Below, one piece after another: positions 24,633-36,500 of a DNA stretch of 64,000 bases. Origin of the DNA: Macrostomum hystrix (taxonomy: Eukaryota > Animalia > Platyhelminthes); NCBI GenBank assembly GCA_950097015.1, contig CATNEN010000039.1, positions 14,942,001 to 15,006,000 of the forward strand. Direction: 5' to 3'. Position numbers and translations under genes: made by a program. The notes beneath the pieces were generated by a model, which was given only the letters and a program-made list of their open reading frames with translations, ran no database searches and was not told where the DNA came from. The first letter of the stretch is position 1, and every line of letters begins with the position of its first letter.

Positions 24633-25521
24633 TACCTTTTGTCAATTGATTTCGCAAAAAAGCCAATTGATTTCCCCATTAGCTGAAGTCGAAAGCGAGG
24701 GCCCAACCAGCCTTCTCGACCATAGATAAGTCCAAATGAATTCCCTTACGTCCAATTGATTTCCCTCAATTCAATGTGTCTTAAGCATACTCTCCGGGGA
24801 AATCGATTGGATTTGTTTCATTCTGTTGTCTGTGGTCGAAATCGAGGGTTCATAGTTAGTCTTTGCCTACAGCGCAAATCTGGCAGGTACAAGAGAACAG
24901 AGGTCATCAACCTATGTAACAAATGAAACAAAGTAGCAAAGAATGAACAAATAACCACGTTTCGGGTCATGCGGGTCATGAAAATTATGAAGTTAGCTTT
25001 GCCGTACTTGGCGTACGTCACTGGAAGATATCGGCATATTCGAGGCACCACTGATAGTACACCATGACGTAGTGAAACCATTGGCGTCACTTGTCCAGAT
25101 TCAGCACGTAGATGCATCCCAACACTTCCTGTTGCAGCAGAGTCATCCGTCTCCTGTGAAGGGTAAAACCTTGCTGTGCTGCCGCGGCGCAGTCTCCCAT
25201 CTGCTGCTGAATGTCAGGCTGCGCGAGCTTCTTTGGTGATGTTCGAATTCCAATCGTTCTCTTGTACCTGCCAGATTTGCGCTGTAGGCAAAGACTAACT
25301 ATGAACCCTCGATTTCGACCACAGACAACAGAATGAAACAACTCCAATCGATTTCCCCAGAGAGTATGCTTAAGACACATTGAATTGAGGGAAATCAATT
25401 GGACTTAAGGGAATTAATTTGGACTTATCTATGGTCGAGAAGGCTGGTTGGGCCCTCGCTTTCGACTTCAGCTAATGGGGAAATCAATTGGCTTTTTTGC
25501 GAAATCAATTGACAAAAGGCA
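24633..25521. mobile_element. Foldback MITE with ~266-bp inverted arms and ~357-bp spacer, TA-flanked (Tc1/mariner-like)
   Basis: 24633-24898 is the near-perfect reverse complement of 25256-25521. Confidence 0.85.
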
Positions 25522-26702
25522 TAATTGTTTCTTTGCTGATCTTGAGATAAAAAAATGTATAGTTAAATAAATTAAAAAATACTTACCTGAAGTACTAACA
25601 ATTATATTATAAATTTAATAAAAATAATAATAAAATAACAAAAAAATTATAATTATAAAACATTTAAATTATCATAATCTAATAAAAAATAAATTTCGCT
25701 TTTTGATTTTTCAGCAACCCCTTTCTGTCCCAGACAAGTTTCAATCTAACACACCTGTATTAACTTCCTTTGGTTAATTATTTTCATTCTACAAAATTAG
25801 CTATATAAATTGGCCCAGCAACTATAGACTAACAAAGGAAGTGAGAGGCAGAGCAGTTAATATGTTTGCCACTCACACCATAATGTTCCTGAGCTCAATT
25901 CCAAAGTGAGGCCACATTCATTTGGGGTGCAGCCATGGAGAGAAGGCTTAGGGGCTTGTTGTGCAATTTACACCCTCAAGGGCCAAGAAACATTAAAAGT
26001 GTAAACTACCTGATGATTATAAAGTCAAGGCATATATATACACACCTGCGTGAGCATGTGCCTACATATGGTATCTATGTGCATGTGTGCCTAGGACAAG
26101 ATTCAGCAAAATGATGACATCTTGCTGGCTGGAGGTCTAGTGTCACCAAATGATGTGCCATATTCTTATTTTGTTGTCTAAGAGTGAAGGCAATCACTGC
26201 CTTCAGTATTGACCTCTGTTTTGCCAATAATATAATATATATATATATTGTCATAGTTAGAACGAAGCTGTTGGTACTTTGATCCTAAAAATATCTAGAT
26301 CTATTAAAGCAAACTAAACTCAATCAAGTGCCAAATCGAAAAAATGATTGAATTTGAACATTGACCTAAAATCCTTAAGAACCCTAGCCACAAGCTTGAT
26401 TCTGAAATAGCCAATCCAGAAAGAAATTTGATCTAGGCCTATCTGACTAATGAAGGCCTAGTTAGGCTAGCTTAGCTATAAAATAATAAAGTAGGCCCTA
26501 CAATTAGCTAAATTAAGTACTAGGTAAGACTAAATATTAATTTCTTATTAAGTATAATGCAGTAGCTATATACGATAGATATTTTTAAATAAGAGCCGAT
26601 ATTGTAGACAAGGCTTCCTTTACTAACAACAGTCAGTGTACGTTAAGATTTTATAGATTAATTCTTGTAAGTTTGAAATTAAAATTAAATAACAGATGTT
26701 TA

Positions 26703-28079
26703 GGGTGCGTTCGAGTAGCTTAAAATAGCTTAAAATGATTTAAACTGCCTTAAAACGGTATTTTAGCGACAGCAGTAAAACAAAGTAATTTTTCAGAAAT
26801 TCAATAAAAAAGTCGCTGCACTTCAGTCAATCACGATTAAAGCATCCTGGAATGCCTTTGTTTAATATTTTTATATTGAATTGTCAGTCTAAGCTTGTTT
26901 TCAATAATTTAGAATACTTAGTTATAAGAACAAATACGTTTCGAAAAAATTGTAAAAGTATCCTGAGGGAAAAACATTAGGTAAATAAAATTCTTTTAAC
27001 GTTAGAAATCCATTTTTCTGTATGAAATCCCATTCTAAGTTTGTTTTCTTACAATAGAATTTTTTGCTCATGGGACGCGCGCGCTAGTTTAACTGAAATT
27101 ACTGTATGCCGTTTATTTAATTATATATCGTGTATCTGCATATCTGTATATTTTCCAAATCTTACAATTAGGAACCATTTCTTGCTCAACCAATTTAGCT
27201 TGTCTTTGAAATTTTGTTACATTTTACCTAGTTTGTTCCGATTGTTTTAAGTGACTCCTTTCTATTTGTTTCAGTGTATTCGAAGTATTTTTTGTTTCAT
27301 ACTGTTAATTTTAACTATCTGATATTGCCAATATCTTTTTTGTATACTTCTACATTAAATTGTAACATTTGTAATATTAATATTAAAAATATTTTTTGCG
27401 GATAAATAAATAAATATATATATATATAAATATCAGATAGTTAAAATTAACAGTATGAAACAAAAAATACTTCGAATACACTGAAACAAATAGAAAGGAT
27501 TAAACAATTAAACAATTAAACAATTAAAGGATTAAAACAATCGGAACAAACTAGGTAAAATGTAGCAAAATTTCAAAGACAAGCTAAATTGGTTGAGCAA
27601 GAAATGGTTCCTAATAGTAAGATTTGGAAAATATACAGATATGCAGATACACGATATATAATTAAATAAACGGCATACAGTAATTTCAGTTAAACTAGCT
27701 CGCGCGTCCCATGAGCAAAAAATTCTATTGTAAGAAAACAAACTTAGAATGGGATTTCATACAGAAAAATGGATTTCTAACGTTAAAAGAATTTTATTTA
27801 CCTAATGTTTTTCCCTCAGGATACTTTTACAATTTTTTCTAAACGTATTTGTTCTTATAACTAAGTATTCTAAATTATTGAAAACAAGCTTAGACTGACA
27901 ATTCAATATAAAAATATTAAATAAAGGCATTCCAGGATGCTGTAATCGTGATTGACTGAAGTGCAGCGACTTTTTTATTGAATTTCTGAAAAATTACATT
28001 GTTTTACTGCTCTCGCTAAAATACCGTTTTAAGGCAGTTTAAATCATTTTAAGCTATTTTAAGCTACTCGAACGCACCC
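26703..28079. mobile_element. PIF/Harbinger-type foldback MITE, ~620-bp arms, ~105-bp spacer
   Basis: Termini GGGTGCGTTCG...CGAACGCACCC with TTA TSD on both sides; arms near identical. Confidence 0.9.
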
Positions 28080-30751
28080 TTAATACCAATAATTTCTTAA
28101 ACAATTCGTTGCCATGTATTACCTACAATAATTTGTTGTTTTTTTACTTTCTTCATCATAACTAAAGAGTACTAAAATAATGTTAAATTCTACAGTATTC
28201 ATAGCTTTAAATATATCAAATTTGTTTATCTTAATCAACGGGGAATTACACGGAACACTATAACCTGTCCAAACCTGTCAAGCCGGGCAAGCTAAGGAAT
28301 TAATATAAGTACAGGCTTTTATTTCCGCTTTTCTGATTTCTATTAGACAATGAGATAAATATATTAAATAGGTAAATAAACTTCGCGTTTGATTCACTTC
28401 TTTTTTATTAACTTTTTGCGTTTTAGAATCTTTGCTTCACGGCCGGCCAGCTTTAAGTCATTCAGAAACAACTTTACAATTATGCAAAGCTTTTAGGCCA
28501 GAGAGCTGGTTGAAAGGGACAGCTAAGGTCATTTATGCGCCACTTAACGTCCAAAACGTAGTGATCTATATATGGCCCTTTTCGATAGATGAGCTGCGTA
28601 CACTGTACTCTCGTATTCCATCTTAAATCATTGTTTTTAATTGCGTAGTGTGAGCATATTTTGTCATTGGTCAGTAAAGCGAGGTTCCGTCTATTTTTAG
28701 AACAGTGCATTAATTAAAGGTCTGACGGTAGGTCTGTGTCTGCCAGGTGGGGCAGACGCTGCAACCACCCCGTCAACCCTACCCCTGGCCTCGAGTCCCA
28801 GCCTTGCAATCAGATTGTAATCCGGCCTCGGTTGAATTTCTACTCTGGTGAGAAAACCACCTAAGGCTATAGAAAGTGGTCGCAAGTCTACTGCGATTCC
28901 ACCCATCAGGCTTAAGCTGCCAGCCTGACAGCCACCCCGCCAACCGCGCCCAAACCAGGGTTCAGTTCGGTCTATTAAATGAAACGCGCGTTTTCGCCGT
29001 GTAGAAAAATTTAAACTTCTTTTCTTCGGTCCATTGTCGCCTAGACCGTCTGATTCGCCTCACCTCGTGAGAAGCAAGAAAGCCGCGCTCTAAGCGTGTG
29101 ATTGCCCAGCTTTGATTGTTCCATCCTATTCCAGACTACAAGCTACTTGTCAGTTAGGTAGCTCTCGGCGTTCCGCGTCTTGAGAGTGCGCCGCTGTTCA
29201 AGAGTGGTCTGGATAGGTGCTTGTTGTCAAAGTCAGTAAGTGCTCTCTTCGGAGAGTCCGCCGTCTGGCAGAAGGAGTGCTAACCGATGAGCTCCTCGTA
29301 GCAGCGCCGAAAGCGGAGATAGCATGCATGCAGGGCCTCGTCCGCAGAGTTGGGCGTGGGTTAGGCCAGTTAAGTAAAAAGTTAAAAAGTTAGTCTCGCT
29401 ACTTAACTAAGCTCCAATCTGTCAATCATTCCTGAGCAAGTTATTTAGCTGTGACAGTCTGTTTTTACAGCTTTTTAATTAATTATCCGCGTATAAGTCA
29501 ATTAAATGTGAATTTTAATAGAGTAAAAGAATAATATCAATTTGATCGTCTTTGTTTTTACATTCTTTTTTTATTTTATCTGGGAGATATTGTCGTGAGC
29601 GTCTACATCAACTCCAATACTCGTCATCAACATCCATCACCGATGCTATGAGTAATATTGAACTGATTGGTCGGACACTAGCTTTAAATCCTCCTGATGC
29701 TCCAAGTAGGTTTAATTGTCCAGGGCTTTTTGTCAAATATTACACTTGTCCTGTCGTTTCATCTTCTTTTTAACTTGACACCTGATATACAGCTAAGAGC
29801 TGTGTTACAATATAATGAAAACTTTGCTTAGTTTAGCAGTGGCATAAAATCTCAGTAGATAGTAATGAACCATCTGAACAGCATATGAGAACGTATACAA
29901 AAGTGTGTGAGGCCGTATATTGAATTTTGCATCAGTAATTAGCGGGGCGATATAGACTTCGGCTATTTGATATACTCGTACATCTTCTATGGAGCTTCAA
30001 TTATAAAAAAGTTTCCTGCAGCACAAAGACTATGACAAATTTTCTTTCCTTAAATCAAGGACTACTCAGGTAGGTCCTTGCCTTATTTGCGTGAGCATGT
30101 ATAATTATTTATAACTTACGTGTCTCGTCTCATTCTTTAATTAGAGGTCATGTGTGCCTTTGAACGTTGAGCTCGATCGTGACAAATATGTATAGCTACA
30201 TCTGGGTTAGATACGACTTTATATTTCTGGCGGAGCGAATGAGAAAATGGAGAAGACAGGGTAGAGATAAGTAGACATTAAACATAGATATTAAACAAGG
30301 TGAGAGATGGGGCTGGAGAGAGCTGAGGGAGAAATCAATACGCTCGTACAAGGAGAGATAAGGATAGGGGAGATATAAGACAAGGGTTGAGATGAGACAT
30401 TTGAGAGTTGATCGAGACAAAAGAAAGTTAGGAGAGAAAGCCGGTTTGGTTCCGAAGCTCTTCAGGCGGTGTACCTAATGGTGCAAGAAAGTAAAGAACT
30501 GACAGGAAAACTGGCGACGTTGTTCATAAAAAGACAAGTTGAAATTAGAGAAAGCACACAGCTGCCCTGACAATATTTTATGCGTTAAAATTAATTTAAT
30601 CGGTTCTGCGTGCTTTTTTGCTTTCGTTTTTATACGCCTTTTAGATTCGGTTATGTTCCTACAAGCAGTTGCGATTAAAAATAAAATGAAATAAAAATCA
30701 GCACCTCTTTTGAGTGCGCACTTTATAAAAAAAAAATAATAATAATAATAA

Positions 30752-31725
30752 CTGTGTTGGACACAAGCCCGTTAATGCCCGTTAACCGTTAAAGTCCGTT
30801 AACCGTTAAAGTCCGTCAAAGTCCACTAACGTTTTTTTAACTTTAACGGATCTCAGTTAATTTTTTTTCTCTTAACGGATTCATGATTTTCCGTTGCTTT
30901 TTTGACGATTTAACTGCAGTTAACTTCCGTTAATTACAAATTTTGCACAAAATTCGCGTCAAATGAAAAGACTTGAACTCAGCATTTTTTCGCACCAATT
31001 TCAGAGAATCGGTCTAGATCGAAGTTGGCCCAAGTGACCAATTCACGTGCTTTCGCTGAGTTGGATAGTGCCAATGCCCACTGGGTTTTTTTTTGGTTTG
31101 GCACAGTTTCAGTTTGGCTGTGACTAGTATTGATGCTGAGTATGCATTATTTGTTAATCATTTTAAACGCATATTGCGCTATTCAAAATTTCAAACAGAA
31201 ACCGCTGCTACGCATGATGTTGGTTTCTCTTACGGAAAGAATAAAGTTACAGAAGTTGAGATAGATGAGGTGTGCAATATTACTCTGAATTTGTTTCGAG
31301 TTCTCCAATGAATCTGCTGACTGGTTAAAAGTCTCTACAATATTAGAGTCGTTCTATCAGTGTATACCTTAGTATAGTGGTAGACTGGTAGTGCGGTTGT
31401 GATTGTGACTAGTGCCTGCACTGCCTGGTAGTGTGGTGTGCTTTAGTAGTTTCCGCCGCTTTTGCCCAATTAGCTTTTGGCTTTCTTCTACCTATCTTAG
31501 CCTTCTTACTTAGGGCCTTTCATAATTTGTTCCATATGCCTATGTCTATGTCTATCTATGTAGTATGTATTTTTTAACGCTTTTAAATTAACGCTTTTTA
31601 ACGCTGAAACGTTAACTTTTTCTGAAATTAACGGCTAATGTTTTAAAACGTTAACTTTTTTATAATTTTAACTTTAACGGATCGATGTTTAATCCGTTAA
31701 AAAAAGTTAACGATGCCCAACACTG
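30752..31725. mobile_element. Non-autonomous hAT-like element with clustered subterminal CCGTTAA/TTAACGG motifs
   Basis: Imperfect TIR CTGTGTTGGACA...TGCCCAACACTG; motif clusters at both ends; TSD obscured by A-rich flanks. Confidence 0.65.
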
Positions 31726-32512
31726 AAAAAAAAATAATAATGAGATTAACGCAGAGATGGCTTCATGCGACATAAAGCTGGATTATTGAGGGCACAAATA
31801 AATTGACTTCCTCTTCAGCCAAGCGGAGCCTGTGGAGGTGCTGTAAACCAGAATCTATTCTCCTGGCTGCATGTCGTCGGGTTCCCGTGCATTTTTTTAA
31901 TTGATTGTGTCGCCGTGTGACCTTTTAAACGTTCACGCATGCGGCTCGTCCATGTGCATTCCCGTCTCCGTTCTGCCCTGATGCTCCTGAAATACAATAA
32001 GCTGCTAAGCTGTGTTTTGTGCTCAATTCCTGCGTACGCCATTAGCTTCTCTGGGGCATCCTCAGGCAGACATTGGCAGCCGCGGTTGCTACGAGCAACA
32101 CACACTGGGGTGGGGAAGAGACAGGGCAGAATGTGTGTAGCAGAATCGGCTGTGGATATTTAGGGACAGACTGAGAGAAGTGGGGCCGGGGGGGAAGGAA
32201 AGTAGAATGAGATTCGCGCCAGTGCAGTTGCCACCCACCTCAACCTCCGTAAATTCTGCCTTTCTTACTGTGTCAGCGATAGCGACTGAGCACCTGAGCT
32301 GCAAGGCAAGCAGACTCATGAAAGCCAGGCAGCATCTGATTGGCCACTGGCTGGTAGAGAGCTCGTCTTCCCAAACCCTGCATCCCCTCCTGACTCAGGT
32401 TACGCTTTCCAAATCCGGGCTGAAAAATAATCGACTCGTCCGATCACACCCGACTGACACTATTCAAGACTGACCGCCACTGCGCACTGGCTGACTCGGC
32501 CGCGGCTTCGCC

Positions 32513-33498
32513 ATGCAAAAGAAATCGTCGACAAAACACTGCCAGAAGTTCAGCATCGGTGTCATCGGCGTGGCTTCCGGCTTCTCGGCTGTCAGCCTGA
32601 TATTCCTGATTCTGAGCGTTGCCACTAGCAACTGGGACTCCGTGACGTTCAACTTCAACTTGGTGAACGCCACAATCGCGCAGTCGGCGTCAAGTTATGC
32701 GGCGGCGCCGAGGCCGCTGTACTCTGACACCGCCAGGACACAGCTGGCCGGCATGATCCTGCTGACTTCAAACACTACCGGTTACTGTCTGCTCAACCTC
32801 TACTCAAGCTTGTGGAGTCTGTGCGACACGGTCAATACAAACGGTGAGTTTATGAGCGAATTTACCAAATTGTTAAAAGCAGTTATGCCTCTAAATAAGA
32901 AATTATAAGGTTGCATTTTTGTTACCTTTCTGCTTTGCCTTTACTGTCGTCTGTATTTAATTATATTAATAAATTAAAAATGGTACCAAAGAACAACAAA
33001 AAATTTAAATTTTTAATTCTTTAAGACGCATTTTTGTGGGGAATTGAGGGTTTAACGGAATATTGGCAAAATATTTTTACATGATTGTTGAAATTTGTAT
33101 CTTATTCTAGGTGCATATCCAATTTTTTGCTTGCTTATTTGCTAATATATTTGTGCTGTAAATCATTTTCATAACATGGGGATTTTCCTAAAATTTGTTA
33201 CGTTTTATGAAATACTTCGTATAGCTTCATACTATAGCGTATATTAATCAGGGCATCAGATTGCCTGTAAAAAAATTAATTTAATTAAACAAGTTTATTA
33301 TTTTGCTTTTGTATCGCTTGTTTACAAGCATCAATAAAACAGTTGAATCGCCCGATTCGTGTTTTGCTAAAAGTGCAAACCATGTCACTCGAGGTAGCTC
33401 TAAATCAAGGGTAGATTTCCCCTAATATCCTGCGACTGCGGAGATTTTATTTCCCCTGCCGACACGTAAGCACGCTAGGACACGTACTAGCATGCTAG

Positions 33499-33555
<57 letters not shown>

Positions 33556-36500
33556 ATTGATTAATTGTTGGAAATGACACCCAGCCTCAGCCGTAGCTGT
33601 TGCGCTTCTTAACACTTAATGTACAGCTACTCAGTCCGCGGACAAGTTTCTTCCTTGAAAACTGAGATCTCAAGTTTATAATAATCCTCATTCGTTTGGT
33701 ATCAAACACAATTCTTGCATCCTCAGACGTCCTTAACGCCGCCTACGACACGTATTGCAAGAACTTCAGCCTGTTAATCACTAACAATAGCTGCTTCGAC
33801 TACATCGCCGGATACACTAACGCCAGGGATGTGCTGGACGCTACGGAGAACACGTCTGAGAACCAGATAATGAGTGAGTCACGTGGGTCACTTGAGTCAC
33901 GTTGGTCAGAGGGTCACAGCCCATCACTGTTGTAAGACTTGCGTACTTGTACTTCGCCCCGCATTGCGTCAGCTTGCTCCAGCCAATCAATACCTCTTAC
34001 GTCTTGTGCGCGCACTCAGCACTTTCAACTCTCACCTGTCGTACCCCCACCCCAATTATCGATCCATTAAATATATATTGTCGCCCGCGGGGCAGCGCTC
34101 AGTTGAGCATATTTTCGACCACAAATCAAAGACTCTACAGTGGCATCGCAAGCAGTCATGTCTGTGCCCCTACACCTGCCCCCACCTGAGCCTTTCGATA
34201 CACAGAAAGAGCCACACAATCTCGCGGCGCGGTGGGCAGAATGGGCCAGCCGGTTCAAGTGCTTTGTGACAGCTAGCGGCATTTCAAACACGCAACAGCA
34301 ACGCGAAATTCTGCTATACGTCGGCGGTAAACAGCTTTACGAAGCCTACGCAGAGCTGACCACACCAGGCGAGTCACTCGACGATCTCCTGAAGGCCTTC
34401 AAAGAGCACTTCAGCAGCAGGCACAACCCCGTGTTCGTGCGGTACGAGTTCCGGTTCTGCACCCAACAGCAGGGCGAGTCCATCAACGCTTGGGTGCAGC
34501 GGCTGTACAAGGCAGCGGAGGGCTGCGATTTCGAGACCCAGCGCGACCCCATCATCAGGGACCAGATCGTTGCCGGCTGCCAATCAGACCAGCTGCGCCG
34601 CAGGCTGCTGCAGACACCGAACATCGGCCTCCAGGACGCCCTGCAGCAGGCCAGAGCCTTCGAATCGGCGGACCTCCAGTCAGCGGCTATCGAAGCCCGC
34701 AAGTCCGACTCTGTGAATGCGGTTCGGCGAATCGAGAGGCCAGCGAGATTGGAGCAGCCCAGAAACAGCAAATGCATCCGCTGTGGCGAGCCGGGCCACA
34801 GAACTTGCGAGGCGGCCCGCGGAAAGACTTGCCGGAGCTGCAACAAAGTTGGGCACCTAGCGAAGGCCTGTCTGTCCAAACCGTCCGGCTCGAGGAGGGT
34901 GCACACCATCACCGAGTAGCAGCAGCCCGAACAGCAGGGACCCGATGACAGTGACAGTAGCTGCGAGGTCTTCAGCCTCTCCCCTCTGAGAAAGAGGCTG
35001 CCGCTCGTGAAAGCCGACATCAACGGTCGTGCCACAGACCTGCTTATTGACAGCGGCGCGACCTGCAACCTCATGGACGTCAGGACCTTCAAGGCCGTCG
35101 AGGGCAGCGCGGCCCAGCTTGTTGAGTCCCAAAAAAAGTATTCCCGTTCGGCTCCAGCAAGCCGCTGACGACATTGGGCAAGGCCACCTTGCAAACGACC
35201 GTCTGCGACGTCAGCGCCCGCATCAGCTACATCATCGTGAAGGAAAGCGGCACCACGATCATCGGCCGCCAGACCAGCGAGGGACTCGGCATTCTGCACA
35301 TCGGGCCAAGCCAACCGACGGTCTGCCAGCTGACGGAAGCCAACAAGCTGCCGAAGTCTCTCAACACAGCCCTGGAGGCAGCAGCAGCCGAGGCGAACGA
35401 CCGGACGCTACCAGAACAGGAGCGCCTAGCCAACATCCTCCGGGCACATCGCCAACGTTTCGAGGGCATCGGCTGTGTCAAGGACGTCGAGGTCAGCATC
35501 CACCTACGCGAAGAAGCCGTGCCTGTCTGCCACCCACCCAGCCGAGTCCCGGTGCACCTGCGGGAGGCAGCGCAGCGCGAGCTGGACGAACAGCTTGCGG
35601 CCGGCATCATCGAGCGAGTGAAGGGACCGTCCGACTGGGTGGCCCGCATGGTGGTAGTCCCGAAGTCACAGCCGGGCCAAGTGCGCATCACCCAGGACCT
35701 GCGAGATGTCAACAAGTTCGTGGTGCCCGAGAAGCAGCCCATCCCGACATTCGAGGAGGTCACAGACGAAATGGCAGGCGCGCGCTACTTCTCGGAGCTC
35801 GACATCAACAAGGCCTTCCATCAGATCCGTGTCCGGGAGGAATCGCGCCACTTGCTGACGTTCTCCACGCCAAAGGGCCTCATGCGACTGACGCGCCTGT
35901 GCATGGGCTTCACGTCAGCGTCGGAGATCCTGCAGAGGGTCATGACCACCGTGCTCGGCGGCCTGTCCGGCGTCCGCTGGGTGCACGATGACACCATCAT
36001 CTACGCCAGAAACATCAAGGACCACAACCAGCAACTGGCGGCAACTCTGCAGCGGCTGGAGTCCTACAACGTCACCCTCAACCCGGCGAAGTGCAGATTC
36101 GCGGTCAGGGAGGCGACTTTTCTCGCCATGCGCCTCTCTGAGAAGGGCATCCAGCCAACTGAGGACAAGGTGAGCGCGGTCCAGTCGTTTATTGCACCGA
36201 AGAACGCGTCCGAGGTGAGATCATTTCTAGGCCTCGTTGCCTTTGTCAGCCGCTTTATCCCAGCACTCGCAGACATTGCCAAGCCTCTCAGAAACCTGAC
36301 CAGAAGGGAGGCCGCCTGGACCTGGGGAGCGGCGGAAGACGCTGCCTTCAACGCCGTCAAGAGCTCCATCGCTGCCAGCAGCACTTTAGCGTTCTTCGAC
36401 AAGCAGAAGCCGACAGAAGTGATCGTGGACGCCAGCCCGACCGGCCTCGGGGCAATCCTTAGCCAGCAACAACCAGACGGCAGCCTGAGACCAATCGCCT

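Noticed and set aside
27041-27741. Two identical 69-aa ORFs on opposite strands
   Set aside because: Mirror images within the arms of the foldback MITE; non-ATG starts, no protein features.
29020-29060. Penelope-type hammerhead ribozyme around the CGGTC...GACCG stem
   Set aside because: Upstream CUGANGA box is absent and the downstream box reads GAAG, not GAAA.
33440-33500. Helitron 3' end (CTAG before the GATA tract)
   Set aside because: No convincing subterminal hairpin or 5' TC end.
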